From an uncultured Spirochaetota bacterium (lineage in GTDB: Bacteria > Spirochaetota > B62-G9 > DRHN01): DNA of 64,000 bases. Below are positions 47,061-57,879 of the stretch, piece after piece. How positions within the stretch are numbered: the stretch's first letter is position 1; each line of letters opens with the position of its first letter. The DNA lies in assembly GCA_964460545.1 (NCBI GenBank), contig CAYWUT010000003.1, forward strand, positions 1,271-65,270, in the 5' to 3' direction. The position numbers and the translations under genes are program-made. Below the pieces are notes generated by a model. The model was not told the DNA's origin and ran no database searches. It worked only from the letters and a program-made list of their open reading frames with translations.

Positions 47061-49502
47061 ATGCGTAGAATCAGCGACGGAATTTTATTTAAAATCATAC
47101 TTATAATGCCGGTTCTTTTCATCGCGTACGCCGCAGCGCCTTTCGGTGCTTCAGGGGCGGAGCAGGGGGGGGTGACGGGAGCGGAGTTTCTGAATGTACC
47201 ACCGACCTCTAGGTATAACGCGATGGGAGGAGTGATGGACGGACTGGGATCGGACCTCGAGGGGATACATTACAATCCCGCGCTGCTCTCGACACTCCCG
47301 GGACTGGGTCTTTCGCTCAATATCAACCCTTATCCGAACGAAGTTTCTCACGACCAACTGACCGTGGGCCTTCCGATATTCGGCGGTGTAGGAGCCGCCT
47401 CCGCACAGCTGTTTAATACCGGAGGTTTCACCTATATAAACGAAGATCTCCAGCCTGAAGAAACGGTAAGCGTATACGATGCGGCCGTATCGCTGGGGTA
47501 TTCCCGCTTTGTATGGAAATCACTATCCGTGGGCGCGACTGCGAAGGTGATTCACCGTACGCTGGGCGAGTACCATGCAAACGCGCTCGGTGCCGATATA
47601 GGAGGGGCCTACTGGTTCGAAACTCCCCATTTCGGAAAACGGCCCAAGCCTCCGACCGACAGGCAGCTCGATAAGGAGATTGAAAACAGCGAGAAGAAGC
47701 TCTCCGATGAGCGGCATAAGCGGATCAAAGAGGCGACAAAGGAGGTGGAGGAGCTCAAGGACCGCATCTCGGGCCTGGAAAAGGAGCGGAAGGACGTATC
47801 GGCCAAGATCGCGGAGGCCGAGGATGAAAAAAAAGCACCGCTCCTCGAAAAACAGCAGAAGATCGATGACGCGCTCTCCTCTAACCGTGAGAGACTGAAA
47901 GAGGAGGAGGAAAAAGCACAGGGAACACTTGGAGCGATTGAAGAGTGGTACGAAAAGGCCCTGCAGGAGGTTCGTGATGACCATAATGAAAAGTTATCGG
48001 ATTTGAAAGGGGTGGAACTGGAACGAGCACGGCTCTATGACGTGATCGCTGACCCGAAGCGGGAGCTGACTGAAGACGATATTAATTATTCGGTCGATGA
48101 AACCATTGAAAAGACCGTTGCTTTTCTTGAGGACCGTAAGAGAGAACTGGGTGAAGTTCGGACTCTTTATATTGAGAGGCGGAAAAGACGCATTAATGAG
48201 ATGCAAAATGATAGTGCCGCTTATAGAGAAATGATCGAATCGGAGTTCGGACCTGAATTGAAGAGATTGAATGAAGAGCTTGAATCCCTGAATGCGGAAA
48301 AGCAGTCCCTGGAAGGGAGAGGGGATGCGGTCGAGAAAACGGAGCTTCAGGAAGCACAAAAGCGCGTGAGCGCGAAGGAGAAAGAAATCCAGGCTCTTCA
48401 AAACGACCCGTGGCTGAAGCGTCTGGAGAGCAGGATCGAGGTCAAGGAAGAGCAGATCGAAGAAACCGGGGAAGATATCACAAAGATGGAGGAGGAAACG
48501 GAAAAGTCGATGGGTGCGGTCGAGCAGAGGGTAGAGAGAGACATAGAGACCTTCAATACCCTCCGAACCTGGCTCATTCGCGAGCTGAAAAAGGCGAAGC
48601 TCAGGAGAGAGCTCGATCTTCTGAAATCGCGAAATGATAAACAGAAAGAGAAGGCTGTTCAGGACTACAGGAACAAAGAGGAGAGCCTGTACCTCAGGCT
48701 TTTATCCATGAAGTTCAAACATGAGGAAAAAATCCTGGAGTCCAAGGACTATGCCCTCAAATCGGACTTTGACAGCCGAACGTATGATATAAGAACGGGG
48801 TTGGAGAAGGAGCTGGAGAGACTGGAGGACGATCGGGCCTTCAAGGAGCGTTTCATCTACGGACAGATAGCCGAGATCGAAAAGGACCTCGAAACAGCCG
48901 GACCTGAAGGTTCTGAAGACGGAGAGGGGCGGATCGAGGCTCTGAAAGCGGAATTGGAGGAGATGGAAGAGACCGTTAAGAGGGAAACCGCGCGGCTGAA
49001 GGGCATTGCGAAAAAATCGCTGGCTGAAGAGCAGGCTGATTATGAGGTCGAACGTTCGGACCTGAAATGGCGGATGAAAACGACCCGGCTCGTTTACCTG
49101 CAGAGCGATACACCCTACCTCAATACATCGGTGCATTTCTCCGTCCAGAACTTCGGAACACAGGTCAAATTCGTCGAGGAGGGCTACCCGCTGCCCACCA
49201 CGTTCAATATCGGGGCCGGATACGCGGTCCTGAATACGGACCTCCACGCGGTCAAGCTCGGCGTACAGGCCCGTCTTCCGGTTTACAACAAGGCAACGCT
49301 GGGAATCGGAGCGGAATACGGATTTCTCAACACGCTTTTTCTGAGAACAGGCTACACCTTCGGCGCCCTGAACCGGAAGTTTTCCGCGGGCATGGGAGCA
49401 CGGGTTACCATGGGCTTCACGGAGTATTCAGTGGATTATACGTTTCAACCGATCCCTGACTACGGCATTGTCCATAGTTTCGGTGTGTCCGCCTATTTCT
49501 AG
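47061..49502 (+). CDS. FadL/PorV-like outer-membrane beta-barrel protein with a ~470-aa coiled-coil insertion
   Basis: A signal peptide. An N-terminal barrel segment (RYNAMGGVMDGLGSDLEGIHYNPALL). Residues ~200-670 are E/K/R-rich with a heptad periodicity. The C-terminal ~140 aa show an amphipathic beta pattern and end in Phe (VSAYF*). Confidence 0.65.
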   Translation: MRRISDGILFKIILIMPVLFIAYAAAPFGASGAEQGGVTGAEFLNVPPTSRYNAMGGVMDGLGSDLEGIHYNPALLSTLPGLGLSLNINPYPNEVSHDQLTVGLPIFGGVGAASAQLFNTGGFTYINEDLQPEETVSVYDAAVSLGYSRFVWKSLSVGATAKVIHRTLGEYHANALGADIGGAYWFETPHFGKRPKPPTDRQLDKEIENSEKKLSDERHKRIKEATKEVEELKDRISGLEKERKDVSAKIAEAEDEKKAPLLEKQQKIDDALSSNRERLKEEEEKAQGTLGAIEEWYEKALQEVRDDHNEKLSDLKGVELERARLYDVIADPKRELTEDDINYSVDETIEKTVAFLEDRKRELGEVRTLYIERRKRRINEMQNDSAAYREMIESEFGPELKRLNEELESLNAEKQSLEGRGDAVEKTELQEAQKRVSAKEKEIQALQNDPWLKRLESRIEVKEEQIEETGEDITKMEEETEKSMGAVEQRVERDIETFNTLRTWLIRELKKAKLRRELDLLKSRNDKQKEKAVQDYRNKEESLYLRLLSMKFKHEEKILESKDYALKSDFDSRTYDIRTGLEKELERLEDDRAFKERFIYGQIAEIEKDLETAGPEGSEDGEGRIEALKAELEEMEETVKRETARLKGIAKKSLAEEQADYEVERSDLKWRMKTTRLVYLQSDTPYLNTSVHFSVQNFGTQVKFVEEGYPLPTTFNIGAGYAVLNTDLHAVKLGVQARLPVYNKATLGIGAEYGFLNTLFLRTGYTFGALNRKFSAGMGARVTMGFTEYSVDYTFQPIPDYGIVHSFGVSAYF

Positions 49503-49647
49503 TCACCTGCTTCGTTCCATCCATACAACTAAACGATAATCGTCATCGCTTCCGGTCTTGAAAAGGCAGATACGCGCGCGTTCCGGTCTGAAGAGCTGAC
49601 AGACGTTTCTTCACGATTCAGCGCGGCTATCGAAGAAACGGTCCCGT

Positions 49648-51951
49648 TTACGGGTTGGTATTAAAGCGCACTGCTTCATCCTCCAGACGGAAAACATCGG
49701 CGACCCTGCGGGGATAGTAAAACGCCTGGCTTCCCGTCGCATTTTCCACACCCTGCGTGTAATAGTCGCCCGCCGCGGTGGCTCCCTTTTCCAGGTTGGC
49801 GGTATGGATTTCTATCAGGTTGCTCGTCTCATAGAGTATGAGCTGCGCGGTAACGGTGCCGTAACCATAGCGGGTGGAAACCCTGTCGAAATTGACGATC
49901 AGCCTCCTGTTGGGAGCCGATCCTCTCGTCTCCCAGGAAATCGTTCCTCCCTGGGCGACGTCCAGCCTTCTCCAGTCGATGGCTATCATATTGTCATAGG
50001 CGTCGTCGAGGGGAATGGATTTCCCGAATCCGGAGCTGCCTCCGCCGAAGGCCAGATCGAAGGTGATCATGCAGTAAGACGAAATTTTAAACTGCGTGTA
50101 TGAGGTCCCGAAAAAGGTGAAGGTGAACCCGATATCGAGCGCGTCGGTTACGGATCCTGACCCGGTAAGCGCGGAGGTCACGTCGTTGTCGAAGGGTCCG
50201 GATGCGGGATTAAAAGCGATGCCTGACGCTCCGATCGTTCCGGACGTAGCCGACGCCTCGGTCGAAGGCGCGCTCTCCCCGATTTCGTTGACAGCCGTGA
50301 CGACGCAGTAGATGGTGGTGCCGGGAGAAGCCGGAAAAGAGTAGAAGGTGGAAGTGATGTCCGAGATAAGGTTGCCGGTTGACGGAGTTACGCCGGAGGA
50401 GGTGGACCAGTACAGATTGTACGATTCAGCCGTAAAGGAGTCGCTCCAGCCCATCAGAACGCACTGGTTTCCCGCCAGTGCCTGCAGACCCTTGGGTGAT
50501 GCGGGCTCGAACGCTGGAGGCCTTTTATCCGCGGGGATCATCACCAGCCCGCCCAGCTTGTTTCCCGTCCTCCCGACGAGTTCTGCTTCCGGCCCGGATT
50601 TATCGACCTTGACGAGATAGGTATAGGGCTCGTCCACGAGCAATCCGAAAATCTGCCCGTCGAAACGGGTCGTCATGCAGTTGATCCGCGAATAAACGGG
50701 AAACTGCGGGTCAATGTCCTGAAAATCGTCCAGATTCGGATAGTACAGATCTCCGACCGTGGTTTCCGCACCCGTATTGTCGTTGCGCGAGTAAAGCGTG
50801 ATCGTATCACCCCCGTCACCGTTGGCAATATACAGTGTGCCGTTCGGTCCGTACGTCATCCCGGCGCCCGTGCTTTACGAAACATCGTCATTCAGTATCA
50901 CTGGTGATGCAACATTATCGGGATCTATCCTGTAAAAGAAGGTGCTGTAGGATGTGAAGATTGATCCGTCGGACTCGCGTACTGCCATTCCGGGAAGCGC
51001 GTAAATCCTGGTACTTCCGAGCAGGGTTGCCTTGCCCGTTGAAAGATTGATGGTGTAAAGCGCTCCGTTTTCGGGTGCCGACCCGCCCGTGCCCCCGTAG
51101 AGCGTTCCGTTCGCGGAATTGTAGACCATGGAGGTCATAAAACCCACATTGGTTCCGGATACATTGGTATATATATCGAGGAGAGGAGAGGCCTCGCCCG
51201 TGATTTGATTGAGAAGAAAAAGATCGCCCAGACGACCGGTCGCCAACAGCAGCGGTGTGGTATCGACATTGACGGCTGAAACATCGTCGGGGTTGAAACT
51301 GCTGTATTGACTCCCGGCACCGGTCAGGGTTGTTGAAATCGTATAGGTCCTGTCACCGTCGTTCAGCATGTCGCCGACCCCGGTCACAGTCACTGTCTGA
51401 ACCGAGGACCAGTTGCCTGGGGTAAAGGTAAGCCTGGACGGACTTACCGTTCCTTCAGTCGTATCGCTGCTTACCAGGTCGATCACGACGTCGGTATCGG
51501 GCATCGTGTTCTAGACAACGGTGAAGGAGTCCTGTCCCTCGTCTTCCGTGGTAACCAGGATGCTCGGAGCGGTAACGGTGATCCCGGGTGTATCGTCATC
51601 GACAACGGTTATTGATACGTCCGCCACCTGTTCGGGTGTGAGGTCCGCGTAGTCCGTGGTATCAGTTGTGGAAGCGGCATTGACATCGACGGTAATACTG
51701 AAGCTCTGATTCCCGTCCGCGCTGTCGTCGTCCTGGCCGGTGATGATTACTGTTTGAGCGGTGCTCCAGTCGCCCGGTCCGAAAAGGAGGTCCAATGATT
51801 CCACCGGGCTCCTGCCCGGCAGTGTACGCTCTTCTTCATCCGAAGAGAGCAGGGCCTTGCCGATATCGGGACTCTCAATCCCGATCGCCACGGTTCCATC
51901 GGGCTCCGAGGCGAGCACCACGGAAAATGAGCCGGTGCCCCCCTTTTGCCT
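49648..51951 (-). pseudogene. Disrupted large surface/adhesin-like gene (FN3/Ig-like repeats); N-terminus missing and two in-frame stops
   Basis: A single reading frame is open from 51951 to 49651. It is interrupted by TAG (51511-51513) and TAA (50875-50877), so the three track ORFs are collinear. There is no start codon or signal peptide at the 5' end. FN3-like segment: YNLYWSTSSGVTPS. Confidence 0.6.
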
Positions 51952-52248
51952 TTACCCGGCTGATACCAGTTAATTAATAGCGTTATCAACAAGTTGACAC
52001 TTTATTCAAAGGAACTGCTTACTATTATATTCCAATGAAAAAAGCTATCAATAATTAAATTGATTATTGGGATGGACAACTGAAACGGGAGACGCCGCCT
52101 GCTGCGACCGATATGGTATGGAACAAACGGTTTACTGAAATAAAGGAGTTCGTTTTTTATAATATTTACAGTATATTCCATCAGGAAGACAGCGGTTAAC
52201 CCTCTCTTTCAGAGAGGGAAAAAAATCAGTACAGTGAGGTGGGTTTTC

Positions 52249-53274
52249 ATGCAGGTAGGCATCATGGGTCTGGAACGGTCGGGAAAGACCACGCTCTTTC
52301 GCGCGCTCTCTTCGTCACGGGAAGCGGCCGAGGGCATAGCGACCGTGAAGGTACCGGACGAACGGGTATCGATCCTGTCCGAGATGTTCAGGCCGAAGAA
52401 AACGACCTATCCGACGGTCGTGTTCAGAGACGTGGATATATCGCTCGATGACGACGGCTCCTTTTCTGCGAAAACGGTGCAGGCGATACGGGAGGCTGAA
52501 GCCCTCACCGTTGTACTGAGAAACTTCCGGAACGATGCTGTCGCCCATCCCGGAATAACCGTAGATCCGGTCCGCGACCTGAAGGAGATCGAGGACACGC
52601 TCTTTCTCACCGACCTCATGCAGATAGAACGGCGGATGGACCGTCTGGAGCGGGAACAGAAGAAAGACCGGGAATACCTCCTGCTCAGGCGCCTTTTCGG
52701 AGACCTCGAAAAAGGCGTCCCAATTATCAGGCAGGGCCTTACCGGAGATGAGAAAAAGGCGGTTGCGGGATTTCGTTTCCTGAGCCTGAAACCCCTGCTC
52801 GTTGCGGTGAACAAGGACGAGGACGACGGCTTTGAGAATAATTCGATAATACGGTACTGCGAGGAACGCGGCTATAATCACGTCACCTTCTACGGCAAGA
52901 TCGAGGAGGAGATCGGCATGCTTCCCTTCGAGGAACAGAAGGCGTTTATCGACGACATCGGCCTTGGTGAGTCGGCCATGGTCAGGTTCGTGAACAGCTG
53001 CTACTCGATGCTCGATCTCATATCGTTCTTCACTGTGGGTGAGGACGAGGTCAGGGCGTGGAACATCAGAAGGGGGAGTACGGCGGTCGAGGCGGCGGGC
53101 CGTATACACTCGGACATCGCGAAAGGATTCATCCGTGCCGAGACGGTGTACTACCAGGATCTCCTGGACGCGGGGTCTTTCAAGGTCCTGAAAAACCAGG
53201 GCAGGCTCAGGCTCGAATCAAAGGAGTACGAAGTCCTGGACGGCGAGATCATGCATTTTCGATTCAACCTGTAA
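52249..53274 (+). CDS. ychF: Ribosome-binding ATPase YchF (Obg-family GTPase)
   Basis: G1 motif (GLERSGKTT) and a C-terminal TGS domain. The ATG at 52249 follows AGGTGG. Confidence 0.9.
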   Translation: MQVGIMGLERSGKTTLFRALSSSREAAEGIATVKVPDERVSILSEMFRPKKTTYPTVVFRDVDISLDDDGSFSAKTVQAIREAEALTVVLRNFRNDAVAHPGITVDPVRDLKEIEDTLFLTDLMQIERRMDRLEREQKKDREYLLLRRLFGDLEKGVPIIRQGLTGDEKKAVAGFRFLSLKPLLVAVNKDEDDGFENNSIIRYCEERGYNHVTFYGKIEEEIGMLPFEEQKAFIDDIGLGESAMVRFVNSCYSMLDLISFFTVGEDEVRAWNIRRGSTAVEAAGRIHSDIAKGFIRAETVYYQDLLDAGSFKVLKNQGRLRLESKEYEVLDGEIMHFRFNL

Positions 53275-53350
53275 AGGGCGGGGGGAATACTCCCTGTCTT
53301 CCCTCATCCAATTACATCATGATGGCAGCAAATAAACGGGAACACGGAAA

Positions 53351-55180
53351 ATGACGAATAAGAATGGAAACAACGATTCTCTGAGAAACATAGCGATTAT
53401 CGCGCATGTCGATCACGGAAAAACGACGCTCGTTGATGCGATGTTCAGGCAGAGCGGCCTGTTCAGAAAGGGACAGCAGGTCTCGGAGCGGCTGATGGAC
53501 AGCTTGGACCTTGAAAGGGAGCGGGGGATCACGATCGCGGCAAAGAACTGCTCGGTCATATGGAAGGGGGTCAGGATCAACATCATCGACACCCCGGGAC
53601 ATGCCGATTTCGGCGGCGAGGTGGAACGCGGGCTCTTCATGGCTGACGGGGCCCTGCTTCTGGTCGACGCATCCGAAGGGCCGCTTCCGCAGACGAGGTT
53701 CGTCCTTGAAAAGGCACTGCAGGCGAATCTCAAGATCATTGTGGTCATAAACAAGATCGACCGGCAGGACGCGCGCCCGGCACAGGTTCTGGACGAGATA
53801 TACGATCTTCTCATAGAACTCGGCGCGGACGAGGAACAGCTCGACTTTCCCCTGTTGTACGCGAACGGAAAGGCGGGTGTGGCCGCGGCTGCGCTCGATG
53901 AGGATGCGCGCGACCTTCACCTCCTCCTGGACACCATAGTGAAGGAGGTGCCCGCTCCCGATTATACGGCTGAAGGGCACTTCCAGATGCTGGTGGCGGA
54001 CCTCTCCTACTCCGATTATCTCGGCAGGCTGGCAATAGGAAAGGTCATGAACGGTAGGGTCCGGTCGAAGGAGGATCTCATCCGCATCGGAGAGGACGGA
54101 AGCCGTATCCCGCTCAATGTGTCAAAGCTGCAGGTATATGAAGGACCCTTCCTGAAGGAGACGGAGATGGCGGGACCGGGCGATATCGTCGTGGTCTCCG
54201 GTATCGACGACGTTCACATCGGCGATACTATCTGCACGAAGGGGGCTTTAAAGCCCCTGAAGCGTATATCCGTGGACGAGCCAACGGTGTCCATGCGGTT
54301 CAGTGCAAACAACTCTCCCATATCAGGCAGGGAGGGCGTTTACGTCCAGTCGAGCAGGATACGTGAGCGGCTCAGGAAGGAGGCCCTGAAGAACGTGTCC
54401 ATCATCGTGGAGGAGAACGATGACCGGGAGGGATTCACGGTAAAGGGGAGGGGTGAGTTTCAGCTCGTCATTCTTGTGGAGACCATGCGCAGGGAGGGTT
54501 TCGAGCTCTGCGTGGGCCGTCCAAAAGTCATATTCCGACACGAGAAGGGTAAGAAACTCGAACCCGTGGAACACCTGCTCGTGGAATGCGGTGAAGGTTT
54601 CACCGGAACGGTGACCGAAAAGCTCACTCGAAGAAAGGGACGGATGCTTGCGTTTTCGAACCAGGAAAACGGCCGTATCAGAATCGAGTTCAGCATTCCG
54701 TCCAGGGGCCTCATAGGATACCGGGATGAATTTCTCACGGACACGAAGGGCACGGGTATCATGTATTCGAATTTCTCTGGATACGAGGAATACAGGGGCG
54801 ATTTCCCGGACCGGTATACCGGCTCCCTTGTATCGGACAGGAACGGCGAGGCGGTTGCCTATGCTCTTTCAAACCTCGAAGCACGGGGCCGCATATTCAT
54901 CGTGCCCGGGGACCCGGTTTACGAGGGGATGATAATCGGAGGACACAGCAGGGAGAACGACCTCTTCGTCAACCCGTGCAGAACAAAGAAACTCACGAAC
55001 ATGCGGGCCGCAGGGAAGGACGATGCCGTTACCATCACGGCTGTTTCACCCATGACGCTCGAGAAGGCTGTCCAGTTCATCCGGGAGGACGAGCTGGTCG
55101 AGGTCACCCCGAAATCGATACGGCTGAGAAAGACCGTGCTCACGGCAGGGGAGAGAAAGGCCATGATTCGGGGCGCATAG
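53351..55180 (+). CDS. typA: Translational GTPase TypA/BipA
   Basis: [10 protein letters not shown] and DTPGHADF motifs, plus EF-G-like domains. 609 aa. Confidence 0.95.
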   Translation: MTNKNGNNDSLRNIAIIAHVDHGKTTLVDAMFRQSGLFRKGQQVSERLMDSLDLERERGITIAAKNCSVIWKGVRINIIDTPGHADFGGEVERGLFMADGALLLVDASEGPLPQTRFVLEKALQANLKIIVVINKIDRQDARPAQVLDEIYDLLIELGADEEQLDFPLLYANGKAGVAAAALDEDARDLHLLLDTIVKEVPAPDYTAEGHFQMLVADLSYSDYLGRLAIGKVMNGRVRSKEDLIRIGEDGSRIPLNVSKLQVYEGPFLKETEMAGPGDIVVVSGIDDVHIGDTICTKGALKPLKRISVDEPTVSMRFSANNSPISGREGVYVQSSRIRERLRKEALKNVSIIVEENDDREGFTVKGRGEFQLVILVETMRREGFELCVGRPKVIFRHEKGKKLEPVEHLLVECGEGFTGTVTEKLTRRKGRMLAFSNQENGRIRIEFSIPSRGLIGYRDEFLTDTKGTGIMYSNFSGYEEYRGDFPDRYTGSLVSDRNGEAVAYALSNLEARGRIFIVPGDPVYEGMIIGGHSRENDLFVNPCRTKKLTNMRAAGKDDAVTITAVSPMTLEKAVQFIREDELVEVTPKSIRLRKTVLTAGERKAMIRGA

Positions 55181-55253
55181 GCCCGTATCATCGTATGCAG
55201 TCATTCCGAATAAACCGCGGCCGAACGGGATGACCGCGGGAACCGTTGAAGGC

Positions 55254-55805
55254 TCAGGGAACGAGCATGGGGCCCGATACCTCTCGGACCTTTTTACTTC
55301 CGTACAGAAGCTCGACGAGCTTCAGAGCGAACTCGATGGCGGTTCCGGGTCCGCGGCTTGTCACCAGGTTTCCGTCCACAACAACCCGGTCATTAACCCT
55401 TTCCTGGTTCTCCAGCCTATCGCTGAATGCGGGATGTGCCGTCGCATTACGCCCGCCGATAAGCCCGTGATGGAGGAGAACGACCGCAGGAGACGCACAT
55501 ATGGCCCCGTACAGCCTGTTTTCGCCCTGCTGCCGCCGCAGTAACAGAACGAGTGCGTCCGAGTCTCTCAGGTGCTCGGCTCCGGGCATACCCCCCGGGA
55601 GTGCGATGAGATCGTAAGTTTTTCCCGTGCACGCGGAGATCGGGGCGTCCGCGGTTATTTTCACCCCCCGAGACGCCGTAAAAGTCAGGTCGTTCACGGA
55701 TGCGACCGTTACCTCGGCACCGGCTCTGCGCAGGACATCGATGATGCATACTGTTTCGATCTCCTCGCTTCCGTCTGCAACGGGCACCAATACCTTTTTC
55801 GACAT
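55254..55805 (-). CDS. DJ-1/PfpI family protein
   Basis: A nucleophile-elbow Cys (AICASP) and an N-terminus MSKKVLVPVADGSEEIE. Confidence 0.85.
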   Translation of the reverse strand: MSKKVLVPVADGSEEIETVCIIDVLRRAGAEVTVASVNDLTFTASRGVKITADAPISACTGKTYDLIALPGGMPGAEHLRDSDALVLLLRRQQGENRLYGAICASPAVVLLHHGLIGGRNATAHPAFSDRLENQERVNDRVVVDGNLVTSRGPGTAIEFALKLVELLYGSKKVREVSGPMLVP

Positions 55806-56106
55806 GGTTATACTCCTTTCGGGCAATTGAAAATCTGCGACAGTGTGTATTTTTTACGTTCTACCGGTATTCAACTTATTACATTACGGCGGTTGGGGTA
55901 CAGTGTAAATTCGGGCCTGCCACCTTTCGCCCTACAATACCGGTGGACACATCGTTTTCCGGCGGCTAAAGTATAATTAATATCTCAAAACGATCCCTTT
56001 TCAGTATATAAGTTGCAAACTGTATAGAATATTATACAGTTTAAATAAGATTATAGCAAAAACCTCCTGTACAAAACGCCTTGTTTTGGATGTGAAGGGG
56101 TGATTG

Positions 56107-57825
56107 ATGAAAACGAGTTCCGAGCTGCGCGAAGTTCTGAACCGTATAGACGGCAGGGGTTACAAGGCCTACCGTGATATTAAGGGCAGGTACGGCTTCG
56201 ATGGATACGACGTCATCATCGATCACGTGCAGGGAGACCCCTTTGCAGCGCCGAGCAGTATGCGTGTCACGGTGGACCAGCGGACAGCGGGATTTCCGGA
56301 TGAGACTTATTCCACAAAAAGCCGTGAAACAGCGCTTCGGGACTACCTGACAAGGCGTTTTTCTGATGCCACCCGGCGTTTTTCAAAGGGACCACGCGGC
56401 ACGGGCAAGGGCGGGCTCATTCTGATTGATACCCCGGGACAGGAGATACTCGATCGATCGTCAGCATTTATCAATGAAAGCGGCGTGGAAATACGTTTCA
56501 GAATGGGACTCCCCGGGTTCGGACGGCGTGTTGCGGGCAGGCACGCCGTATCGATGTTTTTTGAAGAGCTTCCACGCATCGTAAAATCCTCTCTCTATTA
56601 CAGGAGCCTCGATCCCCAGCCGCTCTTCACGCATATCACGACTGCTGAAGACGCGGATACGCTCAGGGATATGCTGGATTCCTTGGGCCTCATCGCGTTT
56701 GTGGCGGACGGGTCCGTACTCCCTCGGGCGAGCGGTATAGACCCGGGTCCACTCAAAACCGGACATATCGTACCCTTTAAATCTCCGCCCTCACTCAGGG
56801 TCGAGGCGGACCTGCCGAACAGGGGCAAAACCTCCGGGATGGGCATTCCAAGGGGCGTAACGCTCATCGTGGGAGGAGGGTATCACGGGAAATCGACCCT
56901 GCTCAAGGCAATCGAGCTCGGTATATACAACCACGTGCCCGGTGACGGACGGGAGTACGTGATTTCGGATCCGCTCACCGTCAAGATCAGGGCGGAGGAC
57001 GGGAGGCGCATAGAGCGCGTCGACATATCGCCCTTTATATCCAATCTTCCCTTCGGAAAGGATACGAGGGCATTTCAGACCGAAGACGCGAGCGGATCCA
57101 CTTCCCAGGCCGCGAATATCATGGAAATGCTCGAGGCGGGGGCACGCGTTCTCGTTATGGACGAGGATACATCGGCAACGAATTTCATGATACGGGACAG
57201 GCGAATGCAGGAGCTCGTATCAAAGGAACGCGAGCCGATAACGCCCTTCATAGACAAGGTACGGCAGCTCTATGAGGGTCACGGCGTTTCCACGCTGCTT
57301 GCACTGGGAGGGTCGGGGGATTATTTCGAGGTTGCGGACCGTGTCATCTGCCTCGTCCAGTACGAGCCTTTTAATATGACCGATGCGGCCCGTGCCGTTG
57401 CGCGTAAGCACAGCGGAGAGAGAAAATCCGAGGGAGGGGACTATTTCGGGGAGGTGACCGAACGGGTTCCCCTTGCCGGGAGCTTCGATCCGAGCAGGGG
57501 AAAGCGCGAGGTCAGGATCAGCGCCAGAGGGCTCAGGTCGATTGATTTCGGGACGCACAGGATAGACCTCGGCGCGGTCGAGCAGCTCGTGGATACGAGC
57601 CAGACACGAGCCGTGGGCGATGCGATTTTTTACGCGACACGGTACATGGACGGAAAGAGGAGCATGCGGGCGGTCATGGATTCGGTCATGGAAGACATCG
57701 ATGAACGGGGGTTCGATCTTCTGAGCTCCAGGCCTGAGCCCGACTACGCGTATTTCAGGGGACCGGAGCTGGCCGCTGCCATTAACAGGCTGAGAACACT
57801 TCACGTACGTGAAAGCCGCGTGTAA
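56107..57825 (+). CDS. ABC-ATPase domain protein (predicted ATPase of the ABC class, PF09818-like)
   Basis: A 572-aa product with N-terminal and central regions of the family (GRGYKAYRDIKGRYGFDGYDVIIDHVQGDPFAAPS...GGGYHGKSTLL). Confidence 0.7.
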   Translation: MKTSSELREVLNRIDGRGYKAYRDIKGRYGFDGYDVIIDHVQGDPFAAPSSMRVTVDQRTAGFPDETYSTKSRETALRDYLTRRFSDATRRFSKGPRGTGKGGLILIDTPGQEILDRSSAFINESGVEIRFRMGLPGFGRRVAGRHAVSMFFEELPRIVKSSLYYRSLDPQPLFTHITTAEDADTLRDMLDSLGLIAFVADGSVLPRASGIDPGPLKTGHIVPFKSPPSLRVEADLPNRGKTSGMGIPRGVTLIVGGGYHGKSTLLKAIELGIYNHVPGDGREYVISDPLTVKIRAEDGRRIERVDISPFISNLPFGKDTRAFQTEDASGSTSQAANIMEMLEAGARVLVMDEDTSATNFMIRDRRMQELVSKEREPITPFIDKVRQLYEGHGVSTLLALGGSGDYFEVADRVICLVQYEPFNMTDAARAVARKHSGERKSEGGDYFGEVTERVPLAGSFDPSRGKREVRISARGLRSIDFGTHRIDLGAVEQLVDTSQTRAVGDAIFYATRYMDGKRSMRAVMDSVMEDIDERGFDLLSSRPEPDYAYFRGPELAAAINRLRTLHVRESRV

Positions 57826-57879
57826 TAAAAAAACATCGGCCTGTAAAAAAAATATTACGGCCGGAACGGGACCGAAAGG

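Noticed and set aside
52192-52217. Perfect hairpin CCCTCTCT-ttca-AGAGAGGG followed by AAAAAAA just upstream of ychF
   Set aside because: The A-run follows, and no T-run follows, on the plus strand. On the minus strand the U-run precedes the stem. So it is not an intrinsic terminator in either orientation. It is probably incidental or a remnant.
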